From the IMG/VR virus record IMGVR_UViG_3300027659_000011, positions 64,413 through 128,412 of that record: DNA of 64,000 nt, one strand, 5' to 3'. Below, one piece after another: positions 51,948 to 59,094 of the stretch. This stretch comes from a virus. The notes beneath the pieces were generated by a model. It was not told the origin of the DNA. It worked only from the letters and a program-made list of their open reading frames with translations, and ran no database searches. Every line of letters begins with the position of its first letter. Position 1 is the stretch's first letter. The position numbers and the translations under genes were made by a program.

Positions 51948-52322
51948 TTACTTACCGCCCTGAAGGCGAGCACCAAGTGAGAAGAAATTTTTATCTGACA
52001 CTTGCATTAGTTTTTGTGATTGTTGTACAAACTTACCAGGTTTTTGTAGAGCTGATCCTGCTACTGCTTGATTTGAACTCATAATACTACGATCAAACCT
52101 ACCCGAGAATAATTTAAATAATTTTGCTATGCGAATCCAGCTTTTTGACCATTCACGATTAGTAGGAGTTTTACGACGACGATGAATATTTTGCAAAGCT
52201 AACTTTACTTGTTCATTGTTTGGCTGCAACTTTAACTGTTTTTCCAATTTACGTTTACGATTAACTTCCCATCTGTTTGATTTTCCAGACGGGGCTGGTG
52301 TTGCTTTATTCTTAGTTGCCAC
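51948..52322 (-). CDS. basic hypothetical protein
   Basis: GTG start after AAGGA; Lys/Arg rich. Confidence 0.6.
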   Translation of the reverse strand: MATKNKATPAPSGKSNRWEVNRKRKLEKQLKLQPNNEQVKLALQNIHRRRKTPTNREWSKSWIRIAKLFKLFSGRFDRSIMSSNQAVAGSALQKPGKFVQQSQKLMQVSDKNFFSLGARLQGGK

Positions 52323-52343
52323 TTAATTTCCTTACTAGTTGTT

Positions 52344-52420
52344 TGGTGGGCCGTGAGTGATTCGAACACTCCACCAATGGATTATGAGTCCACTGCTCTA
52401 ACCTAATGAGCTAACAGCCC
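52344..52420 (-). tRNA. tRNA-Ile2/Met (CAT)
   Basis: Cloverleaf, anticodon arm GTGGA-CTCATAA-TCCAT, CCA encoded; body resembles Ile2. Confidence 0.88.
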
Positions 52421-52428
52421 TGCTGACT

Positions 52429-52513
52429 TGGTGCGAGTGGCCGGAATCGAACCGGCATGCCTTGCGGCGAGGGATTTTAAGTCCCTTGCGTCTACCTATT
52501 TCACCACACTCGC
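52429..52513 (-). tRNA. tRNA-Leu (TAA)
   Basis: AGGGA-CTTAAAA-TCCCT, long variable arm, ACCA. Confidence 0.93.
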
Positions 52514-52561
52514 AAAATTTACTTTTCACTCTAATAACTATAATCGAATGAATAGATTGAT

Positions 52562-52590
52562 ATTATATCAAACTTTAATGCACTATTCAA
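52562..52590 (-). promoter_or_regulatory. sigma70 promoter for the tRNA pair
   Basis: TTGAAT-17-TATAAT. Confidence 0.75.
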
Positions 52591-52621
52591 GTGCATATTT
52601 ATAGATTCAAAATTACAAACT

Positions 52622-52655
52622 AAAAAGAGGACTAACCTAATGGCTAGTCCTCTTT
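52622..52655 (-). terminator. intrinsic terminator after hsp20
   Basis: aaaaagaggacta...tagtcctcttt. Confidence 0.75.
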
Positions 52656-52660
52656 ATGGT

Positions 52661-53080
52661 TTACTCTATTTCAATGATACGAGGTTTTTTAGATTCTGGC
52701 AATTTTCTTTCTAATACTACTGTAAGAATACCGTCTTCCATTGAAGCGGACTTTACAACCATATGCTCAGCAATAGTAAACTGATGATTAAAACTTCTAG
52801 CACTTAATCCGTGATGTAAGTACTGTTGCTTTTGTTCATCTTTTTGTTTTATACCTTTTATCAGTAATTGTTCCTTATCTAACTGTACTGTAATTTCTTT
52901 CTTCTTGAAGCCTGCTACCGCAACTTCAACAGTGTAATTATTCTCATCGGATTTAATTACATTATAAGGTGGATAATTTACTGAGTTTCGATACTCTAAA
53001 GTGTCAAAAACCTGATCAAATCCAATTAACGTACGATTAAATGGTCCAAAATTAATGGTACCAACTCTAAGTTCTGTCAT
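52661..53080 (-). CDS. small heat shock protein (Hsp20/IbpA-like)
   Basis: IGFD, YPPYN, E.AVAGF, YLH.GLS.R.F, A.MEDGIL. Confidence 0.92.
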   Translation of the reverse strand: MTELRVGTINFGPFNRTLIGFDQVFDTLEYRNSVNYPPYNVIKSDENNYTVEVAVAGFKKKEITVQLDKEQLLIKGIKQKDEQKQQYLHHGLSARSFNHQFTIAEHMVVKSASMEDGILTVVLERKLPESKKPRIIEIE

Positions 53081-53151
53081 ATATTTTCTCCTTTTATAAG
53101 CAAGAACATTTGGGCAATCTGCCCGTGTGCAACCTCATAATGAGCATTGCA
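53081..53151 (-). promoter_or_regulatory. ROSE-like RNA thermometer in the hsp20 5' UTR
   Basis: Three hairpins; the last is UUCUUGCUU-AUAA-AAGGAGAA with a bulged G opposite the SD. Confidence 0.65.
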
Positions 53152-53157
53152 AAATTA

Positions 53158-53232
53158 TGGCGGTACCAGAGGGTAACGATCCCTCTCCTCAGCAGTGACA
53201 GTGCTGTGTGCGTCCATGAACACCTTGGAACC
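53158..53232 (-). tRNA. tRNA-Asp (GTC), atypical T-loop
   Basis: CAGCA-CTGTCAC-TGCTG, G73-CCA; T-loop ATCGTTA. Confidence 0.82.
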
Positions 53233-53238
53233 TAAAAC

Positions 53239-53316
53239 TGGAACAACGGGTGAGATTTGAACTCACGGTTTTCAGGATTTGCAATCCCGTGCATTTGACC
53301 ACTCTGCCACCGTTGC
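53239..53316 (-). tRNA. tRNA-Cys (GCA)
   Basis: CGGGA-TTGCAAA-TCCTG, U73-CCA. Confidence 0.9.
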
Positions 53317-53320
53317 GTAT

Positions 53321-53394
53321 TGGAGCGGGGTAACAGAATCGAACTGTCAGCATTAGCTTGGAAGGCTAAGGTATTACCACTATACGAACCCCGC
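53321..53394 (-). tRNA. tRNA-Gly (TCC)
   Basis: TTAGC-CTTCCAA-GCTAA, U73-CCA. Confidence 0.93.
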
Positions 53395-53401
53395 ATAAAT
53401 A

Positions 53402-53629
53402 TTATTTATATCTTGATGGTGGTAGCTCACTTAGTGAGCACTCAGTATATTCGCCAGTATCTGAATTGACTTCTGCACCTGCAATAATTTGTTTAATTTG
53501 CTCATCTGTAAGCGCACCATCATCAGCCTCATATTCTGGCTTATTATCTCTAGCAAATATAGCATCCCAACGTGAGGCATACTCTTCGTTAGCAACACTA
53601 AAGGGTCTAGGGGTTGAGCCTTTACTCAT
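53402..53629 (-). CDS. hypothetical protein
   Basis: Start at MSKGSTPRP...YASRWDAIF. Confidence 0.55.
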   Translation of the reverse strand: MSKGSTPRPFSVANEEYASRWDAIFARDNKPEYEADDGALTDEQIKQIIAGAEVNSDTGEYTECSLSELPPSRYK

Positions 53630-53900
53630 ATATAGTTGACCATTGTTTAAGTTTTTCCAATTTAGCACGGGCAGCTGCCTCAATACTATGCTCATTTACT
53701 AATTTAGTTTCACACATGATATTGATCATGGCAACTAAATCACCTAATTCTTCTTCTAGGTGTTGTCTATTAGTTTTATTGTTTCCTGGCTTAAAATTAT
53801 CTAAACCAAAACGATTTACTTTACTAACTGCTTGGATTACTTCTGCACACTCTTCTTGCAGAATACCCGTAATTTCTTTAAGTTGACTTTCTGTTGTCAA
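53622..53900 (-). CDS. MazG-like nucleotide pyrophosphohydrolase
   Basis: EECAEVIQA.SK..RFG...LEEELGD. Confidence 0.8.
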   Translation of the reverse strand: MTTESQLKEITGILQEECAEVIQAVSKVNRFGLDNFKPGNNKTNRQHLEEELGDLVAMINIMCETKLVNEHSIEAAARAKLEKLKQWSTIYE

Positions 53901-54151
53901 AATGGTATGTCCTCAAATGGTAATATTTCTTCTTGATAATGTTTTTCATTATCTCTTACACTTTTTAATAATATACATCTATCTACGACTTCTGAGTTAA
54001 ACATATTTTGATTGTTATTGTGTAAGAACATTATATAATTATAATCCATTTCAACTATAGAGTCAACCCTACAATTCTGATACTTTCCGAAATCAAAGAA
54101 ATCAAGTAATCCTAATTTTAGGGATTTAATACTTTTAAATGTTATTGCCAT
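53897..54151 (-). CDS. hypothetical protein (FGKY motif)
   Basis: Start at MAITFK; FGKY...Y..F; DIPF C-terminus. Confidence 0.55.
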   Translation of the reverse strand: MAITFKSIKSLKLGLLDFFDFGKYQNCRVDSIVEMDYNYIMFLHNNNQNMFNSEVVDRCILLKSVRDNEKHYQEEILPFEDIPF

Positions 54152-54154
54152 ATG

Positions 54155-54246
54155 TGGTACCCCCAGCGGGAGTCGAACCCACATGAACCAATTATCTGTT
54201 GCTTACGGGATATAAATCCGCCGTTTTACCATTAAACTATAGGGGT
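54155..54246 (-). tRNA. tRNA-Ile (TAT) with extra-long variable arm
   Basis: Acceptor ACCCCTA/TGGGGGT, A73-CCA, loop TTTATAT, 22-nt variable region. Confidence 0.75.
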
Positions 54247-54251
54247 ATGTT

Positions 54252-54326
54252 TGGGCAGGCGTACGAGAATTGAACTCATGATATCGGAATCACAATCCGA
54301 GGTTTTACCACTAAACTAACACCTGC
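54252..54326 (-). tRNA. tRNA-His (GTG)
   Basis: G-1:C73, TCGGA-TTGTGAT-TCCGA. Confidence 0.92.
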
Positions 54327-54331
54327 ATACT

Positions 54332-54544
54332 TTATTTTATGTCTAACTTACGTGCAAGTTCTTTAATATTAATAAAAAATTCTTCTAACTCTTTATCTTC
54401 AGCCTCTAGATCTTCTATTCGCGAAGCTGCTTCTTCTAATAAATCTGCAATACGGTCAGGAGCGCCCTCTTGAACACTTTTCCGATCTTTAATTTGTCTA
54501 CGTATTTCTGCACGTTTACGTAATCTGTATACTAGTGATTCCAT
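54332..54544 (-). CDS. hypothetical protein
   Basis: LVYRLRKRAEIRRQI..RKSV.EG..DRIADLLEEAA. Confidence 0.65.
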   Translation of the reverse strand: MESLVYRLRKRAEIRRQIKDRKSVQEGAPDRIADLLEEAASRIEDLEAEDKELEEFFINIKELARKLDIK

Positions 54545-54545
54545 A

Positions 54546-55016
54546 TTATGCCGTTTTCAAACTATTATATCTATCGGCTGCATAACTGGCAGCAAATGCA
54601 TTTGGTTTAACCATTGGTATTACATTACACGTACCTTTTATATAACCAATAGCTTGCTGAACAACACAGCTAGATGCGTGAGAGACATCAGGATTAATAT
54701 CTAGATGTACTTCTACCTTACGATCTTCTAGAACTTCTTTTAAATTCTGAAATAGCTCAGATACTTTATACACTTCATTCATAAGTCTCATGGAGGGTTT
54801 ACTCTGCTTTTGGTCATAATCTAATTCTGTATGTGTTTCACCAAAAATTTTACAACCATGACAACCATCAATATGTACTACAACTACTAACGTATATTCA
54901 GCATACCAGCGATTATGTCGCTTTACTCTTATAGAGTCTGCACCAATATAGATTTTAGTACTTGGACTTTGTGACTCTATATAAGCTTTAACTTGCTGAA
55001 TATTTAATTTTTTCAT
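54546..55016 (-). CDS. RNase H-like protein (YkuK/DUF458 family)
   Basis: IYIG.DS, RL..EV, EVHLDIN, KP.AFAAS.AAD. Confidence 0.78.
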   Translation of the reverse strand: MKKLNIQQVKAYIESQSPSTKIYIGADSIRVKRHNRWYAEYTLVVVVHIDGCHGCKIFGETHTELDYDQKQSKPSMRLMNEVYKVSELFQNLKEVLEDRKVEVHLDINPDVSHASSCVVQQAIGYIKGTCNVIPMVKPNAFAASYAADRYNSLKTA

Positions 55017-55027
55017 CTTGTACTAAT

Positions 55028-55098
55028 TGGTTGCGGCGGAAGGACTCGAACCTTCTAGGCGGAGCTTATGAGACTTGCCTTTACCCTGACTCACCGCG
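55028..55098 (-). tRNA. D-arm-deficient tRNA-fMet-like RNA (CAT)
   Basis: C1xA72 acceptor, CTCATAA loop, canonical T arm, no D stem. Confidence 0.65.
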
Positions 55099-55103
55099 AT
55101 ATT

Positions 55104-55445
55104 TGGTGCCAGTATTCTGTTACGAGGAACTGGCGGAACCCTAAGCAGAGTTTAGGCTGCTAATGCGAACTGTGAGTCGTTTGCGTTTACTTTTGTTTAG
55201 TGTTAACGACAACTCTGTCGGACCGTCCATCTTTGTACTTATTGCCCTGTCGATTCTAAAACAGGCCCACCATAATACGTCTAGCATGTCTTCTGGAATA
55301 ATTGTTAATACAAATGTAGTTGACACAATCTACATTAACAAACTTCCAAAGTGAATATGTTTCATCCATGTTAAATCCTATTATGGTGGACCTGGGGGGA
55401 TTCGCACCCCCGTCCAGAACTACTTTCGATTAACTTCATACGATC
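55104..55445 (-). ncRNA. ssrA: circularly permuted two-piece tmRNA
   Basis: Acceptor piece ending CAGGTCCACCA (55384) precedes coding piece starting GGGCCTG (55268); G3:U70; tag ANDSQFALAA* at 55152-55184; outer ends approximate. Confidence 0.9.
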
Positions 55446-55451
55446 ATACTT

Positions 55452-55526
55452 TGGCACACCCCCAGGGATTTGAACCCTGACTAACGGTTTTGGAGACCGA
55501 CGTGCTGCCAATTACACTAGAGGCAT
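55452..55526 (-). tRNA. tRNA-Trp (CCA)
   Basis: TCGGT-CTCCAAA-ACCGT, G73-CCA. Confidence 0.9.
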
Positions 55527-55531
55527 ACTAA

Positions 55532-55603
55532 TTATTTCTTTTTTAGTACTCGTTTTGCTGTAGCTTTAATACTACGCTTATGGTGCGCTTTAAATTTAGC
55601 CAC
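55532..55603 (-). CDS. 23-aa highly basic peptide
   Basis: GTG start; MAKFKAHHKRSIKATAKRVLKKK. Confidence 0.45.
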   Translation of the reverse strand: MAKFKAHHKRSIKATAKRVLKKK

Positions 55604-55605
55604 AA

Positions 55606-55671
55606 TTATTTACGCTTACGTAGTTGTCTACGTACAGCTGCCTGAGTTTTAGTTTTTGCTCTGTAAGCCAT
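55606..55671 (-). CDS. 21-aa highly basic peptide
   Basis: MAYRAKTKTQAAVRRQLRKRK. Confidence 0.45.
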   Translation of the reverse strand: MAYRAKTKTQAAVRRQLRKRK

Positions 55672-55680
55672 AATGTATCT

Positions 55681-55785
55681 TTAATATTTAGGTTTCTTTT
55701 TTGGAGGTGTCATAGGCATTGCAGGAACACGAGGTCCTGCTGGCTGCATTGGGATTGAACCGACAGGTTTTTTAGGTTTTACCAT
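55681..55785 (-). CDS. 34-aa Pro/Lys-rich peptide
   Basis: MVKPKKPVGSIPMQPAGPRVPAMPMTPPKKKPKY. Confidence 0.45.
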   Translation of the reverse strand: MVKPKKPVGSIPMQPAGPRVPAMPMTPPKKKPKY

Positions 55786-55786
55786 A

Positions 55787-56281
55787 TTAAAATTCTTTCT
55801 TTAGGGAATGATTATCAATAGCAGAACGTAAAGCACGTTCCACTAATTGGTTAAAAGTAATGTCTTTTTCATGTGCAGTACGAGCAAACACCATAAAGTC
55901 TTCATCACTAAGTTCAAAGGGCACTGAAACTCTAGTATCATAAGCTCTACCATCAACAATAGCAGATGCTTTTTCTAGAATATCTTCTGCAACTTCTAAT
56001 TCACAGTATTTTTTACCTACAGCATTTGTTTGTTTTTCTTGTGTTTCCACAAAGTCTTGTGTAGTCCAGCGATAGTAGTTTTCTTGTGCGTAATCTTCAG
56101 CTGTGATTTCTAAAATTTCTTGACTGACTACATCAAATACGCACGTTAAGTAGTGATCTGAATTACCATAACTAATCTCACATACCAAGTCTGTTTCTTG
56201 GTTGTAGATTGTGTTTTCTAAAAATGATTTATCGTGTATGGTGTAATTGATAACATTTAAAAACTTATTTAATTTAATCAT
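55787..56281 (-). CDS. hypothetical protein
   Basis: 164 aa; C-terminal YDTRV.VP...AHE.DITFNQ.VE..L. Confidence 0.65.
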   Translation of the reverse strand: MIKLNKFLNVINYTIHDKSFLENTIYNQETDLVCEISYGNSDHYLTCVFDVVSQEILEITAEDYAQENYYRWTTQDFVETQEKQTNAVGKKYCELEVAEDILEKASAIVDGRAYDTRVSVPFELSDEDFMVFARTAHEKDITFNQLVERALRSAIDNHSLKKEF

Positions 56282-56292
56282 TTTATTATATC

Positions 56293-56928
56293 CTAAACCT
56301 TCAATTTAAAATTACCAGAAACACTAATTCGATATTCATCGCTAGAAAAAAATGGGTATACCATATGTTGAAAATTAGAGGGGAAAATTACTATATTATT
56401 TTCTCTTTTTTTATCTACTGGAATATTACAGGATTTTATTGCTCCAATACTATCATTGTATAAAAAACTAAACATTCCAGCCGTATTAAAATTAGATTCA
56501 ACTCCAGGAGATAATTTGCGCTCTTCTTCCATGTAATATGGAACACTAGTCCATATTACGAAACTATATAGTCCTGAGTGGTTGTGTATAGGATTAAACT
56601 CATATTTCTTTTGAAAATTGACCCAAAATGTATCTAATACAATTTCTATATTACCTGTTGTAATATTAAAGTTTTTTAGGTAATTAAATTCTTTATCATA
56701 TGCATCGAGCAGAGGTACTAACAGTTGTTCAATATAAGTTTTAGACTTTACTAATTCATACTCTCGTTTAATATTTCCAGCTAATTCTGTATTGTATTTT
56801 TGCTTTTCATATAACTCAAAATTATTTTGTATATTATGGATTTCTTTTTTTAAAGGTGCTAAATCAGATTCTGAAAATTTAGCACTAAGAAATCCGTAAT
56901 TTTTTAAACCAGTTACATTATATTGCAT
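56293..56928 (-). CDS. 2OG-Fe(II) oxygenase
   Basis: WVN...NP.HNH...SFVIW, FPS...H.VYPF, RISVSGN. Confidence 0.82.
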   Translation of the reverse strand: MQYNVTGLKNYGFLSAKFSESDLAPLKKEIHNIQNNFELYEKQKYNTELAGNIKREYELVKSKTYIEQLLVPLLDAYDKEFNYLKNFNITTGNIEIVLDTFWVNFQKKYEFNPIHNHSGLYSFVIWTSVPYYMEEERKLSPGVESNFNTAGMFSFLYNDSIGAIKSCNIPVDKKRENNIVIFPSNFQHMVYPFFSSDEYRISVSGNFKLKV

Positions 56929-56992
56929 TATTATTCTTTTACGGCTCAAATAGAAACTCAGGACTTTCACCTGATTGTCCCGTAAGGATCTT

Positions 56993-57161
56993 AATTTTAT
57001 AACTGTTCTACTGTGATTTTAAGAAGCTATATGCTTCACCTATACCCATGCGAATTTAATCTCAAGGCTTTTATGTTTCTTGGACTTTGAAACTATAGGC
57101 AGATTGATACCTTAGTAGATAGGCCGATTGTCCTAACTTTCCCATTCACAGTTATAAAATT
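56993..57161 (-). ncRNA. candidate structured RNA (strand inferred from context)
   Basis: Intergenic, closed by a perfect 14-bp inverted repeat with internal hairpins. Confidence 0.4.
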
Positions 57162-57210
57162 CCTCTTTGCAGAGGAAAGTGTAAGAATTCCACTTACTAT
57201 CACATCGCTT

Positions 57211-57444
57211 TTAAGTCTGCGTGTCCAAGACTTTTTTTGTAAAAAACTCTTTATCAACGTAGAACTGTATTAGTTCTCTTTGGAGTTGTGTTATTAAATC
57301 ACCATGAGCATCATTAAGTACAAAACGTACAGGGCATGTACCCCACTTACGAGTTGCATTAAATTCTGCAAACCATTTTCGATGTTCCTTATTGTTAGCA
57401 TCAAATACTACATAAGTACGTCCATGCAACTGCAAGCTGCTCAT
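57211..57444 (-). CDS. hypothetical protein
   Basis: FDA.NKEHRKWF..F.....WG.CPVRF. Confidence 0.65.
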   Translation of the reverse strand: MSSLQLHGRTYVVFDANNKEHRKWFAEFNATRKWGTCPVRFVLNDAHGDLITQLQRELIQFYVDKEFFTKKVLDTQT

Positions 57445-57611
57445 TGTGATTTCCTAATATTAAATGTATGTGTGATTTGTTTTTACGACGAATTCGTATT
57501 TTCTTTGTAGCTGTTCTACTTCGTATACCGACTTTGGGTCGTGATCTTCAATAAAACGTTGCATAGGCATATCTTTTTCTAGTAGCTGTTTAAGATAAGA
57601 TAAAAAACTCA

Positions 57612-57836
57612 TTATTTTTTATTCACAAAAGAATAAAACTCTTGAGCTTGATCAAGAATATCTTTTGTAGTAGGAAATGACATTTTAGGCATATTTTCAG
57701 TTGCAGCTACTCCAGCATCTACCATTTTCATGTATGCTTCTGTAGTAAACTTAAGATTAGCCGTGTACTGTTTTTCTAAATGATCTTGTGCAAGTTTTAA
57801 AAGGTCTGCACGAATTTCAAATGGAGATTTAGTCAT
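57612..57836 (-). CDS. hypothetical protein
   Basis: PFEIR..LL.LA...FPT...I...A..FY.FV. Confidence 0.65.
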   Translation of the reverse strand: MTKSPFEIRADLLKLAQDHLEKQYTANLKFTTEAYMKMVDAGVAATENMPKMSFPTTKDILDQAQEFYSFVNKK

Positions 57837-58059
57837 TTTTAGATGCCTTTGCTTTTGTTGGATTAAAAATGTCAGAAAATCCGTCTACTGAGTACTTGCT
57901 CATATCAGTAGTATTCTGAACCAACATTTTAGCAAACTGGGTTTGTGCATCAATAAACTTATGAGCAACTTTGTTCAGTTTAGGGTCAGTAAAAATTTGA
58001 TTTGTGATAAGTTTCTTTGTTGATTGAAAGTTATCAATGTAAAATTCGATAGTAAACAT
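57829..58059 (-). CDS. hypothetical protein (phasin-like amphipathic)
   Basis: FYID.FQ..KK...FIDAQT.FAK; AAGGA RBS. Confidence 0.55.
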   Translation of the reverse strand: MFTIEFYIDNFQSTKKLITNQIFTDPKLNKVAHKFIDAQTQFAKMLVQNTTDMSKYSVDGFSDIFNPTKAKASKND

Positions 58060-58090
58060 AATGTTTCCTTAGTGTGTTGTGTGAAAAAGT

Positions 58091-58164
58091 TGGTGGAGAT
58101 AGCGAGAATCAGACTCGCGTTTTTAGAATCGGAATCTAGTGTTCTATCATTGAACTATATCCCC
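58091..58164 (-). tRNA. tRNA with CCG (Arg) anticodon and Ala-type acceptor stem
   Basis: GGGGATA/TATCTCC-A-CCA; CTAGA-TTCCGAT-TCTAA; T-loop TCTGATT. Confidence 0.75.
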
Positions 58165-58214
58165 CCAAAAGAAGTTTTAAAGATGCCTCTTAACATCTAT
58201 AATCTTTATATTAG

Positions 58215-58290
58215 TGGTCTCTCTACAAGGATTCGAACCTTGACCACACGGCCCCAAACCGTGTACGCAACCTGATAACGCTTTAGAGAG
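58215..58290 (-). tRNA. tRNA-Pro (TGG)
   Basis: C1:G72, CACGG-TTTGGGG-CCGTG, A73-CCA. Confidence 0.9.
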
Positions 58291-58295
58291 ATAGC

Positions 58296-58378
58296 TGGTG
58301 CCCCAACCGAGACTCGAACTCGGATGCTTGCGCACTGGCTTCTAAGACCAGCGTGTCTACCAATTCCACCATCGGGGC
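58296..58378 (-). tRNA. tRNA-Leu (TAG)
   Basis: CTGGT-CTTAGAA-GCCAG, variable arm, ACCA. Confidence 0.93.
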
Positions 58379-58383
58379 AAATA

Positions 58384-58539
58384 TTACCAATGCCTAATAA
58401 CTCCAGCAATAATAAATAAGTTTGTTACTATATACCCTAGTACTATACAAGTTCTAATAATAGCCACCCGATCAGCTTGATTATCCTCACCTGCTTTTTC
58501 TCCTAGAGCTTTTGCCCATAGTTTCCATAATGATTTCAT
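58384..58539 (-). CDS. small membrane protein (51 aa)
   Basis: LWKLWAKALGEKAG...ADRVAIIRT...IIAGVIRHW; not in ORF track. Confidence 0.6.
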   Translation of the reverse strand: MKSLWKLWAKALGEKAGEDNQADRVAIIRTCIVLGYIVTNLFIIAGVIRHW

Positions 58540-58633
58540 AAATAAGGATCTGAGGTAACTGCGCCCGTGATTTTAGGTTCGCAATAATTATTGCCAATGG
58601 GCTAGGTGGTACGCTTGTGTACCTCAGAAAAAA

Positions 58634-58831
58634 TTATTTTAAATTTTTAAATTCTTTAATTGCTTCTGCATCTAAGGAAGCATAAACGCGAAACTTGTCA
58701 CGACCAACTTGATCATACAAGTCAGAAGCCATTTTTTCCATACTCTCTAGTGTATCAATAGATAAAAGCGTACACGTAATATATCTGCTCATAAAAGCAT
58801 CTATTAAAAATTCTTTATTATATCCTGCCAT
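58634..58831 (-). CDS. hypothetical protein
   Basis: MAGYNKEFLIDAF..RY; GGAG RBS after promoter. Confidence 0.6.
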   Translation of the reverse strand: MAGYNKEFLIDAFMSRYITCTLLSIDTLESMEKMASDLYDQVGRDKFRVYASLDAEAIKEFKNLK

Positions 58832-58853
58832 AATAATCTCCAATTAAGTATAT

Positions 58854-58882
58854 ATTATACTCTAATTTGAGATCAAAGTCAA
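58854..58882 (-). promoter_or_regulatory. sigma70 promoter
   Basis: TTGACT-17-TATAAT. Confidence 0.8.
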
Positions 58883-58891
58883 GTGTATATT

Positions 58892-58966
58892 TGGTCCAGC
58901 GACTAGGAATCGAACCTAGATTGATAGCTTAGAAGGCTATTGTTCTGTCCATTGAACTATCGCCAG
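58892..58966 (-). tRNA. tRNA-Arg (TCT)
   Basis: ATAGC-CTTCTAA-GCTAT, GGA in D-loop, ACCA. Confidence 0.92.
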
Positions 58967-59094
58967 TATTTCTGGGTTTTAGTATCTATGTACCATTTAA
59001 CGTCTTCTTTATATATTTGCCATACAGAAATACTTATTACTAATAATATTTCAAGTATAAAGATAATAGTTATTATTGAGCCTAATATTGTCAT
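58957..59094 (-). CDS. small single-TM protein (45 aa)
   Basis: ATGA overlap with uvsE stop; hydrophobic N-terminal half. Confidence 0.4.
   Translation of the reverse strand: MTILGSIITIIFILEILLVISISVWQIYKEDVKWYIDTKTQKYWR

Noticed and set aside
55141-55354. ORF-track calls of 61 and 63 aa
   Set aside because: Overlap the tmRNA, which explains the sequence
57171-57195. GAGGAAAGT resembling the RNase P RNA CR-I motif
   Set aside because: Lacks the following CC and the matching 3' motif; part of a short hairpin
58024-58409. ORF-track calls over tRNA genes
   Set aside because: Overlap clear tRNA cloverleaves
58549-58628. HDV-like/theta ribozyme
   Set aside because: Could not build P1, P3 and P1.1 on either strand; kept only as an unassigned structure
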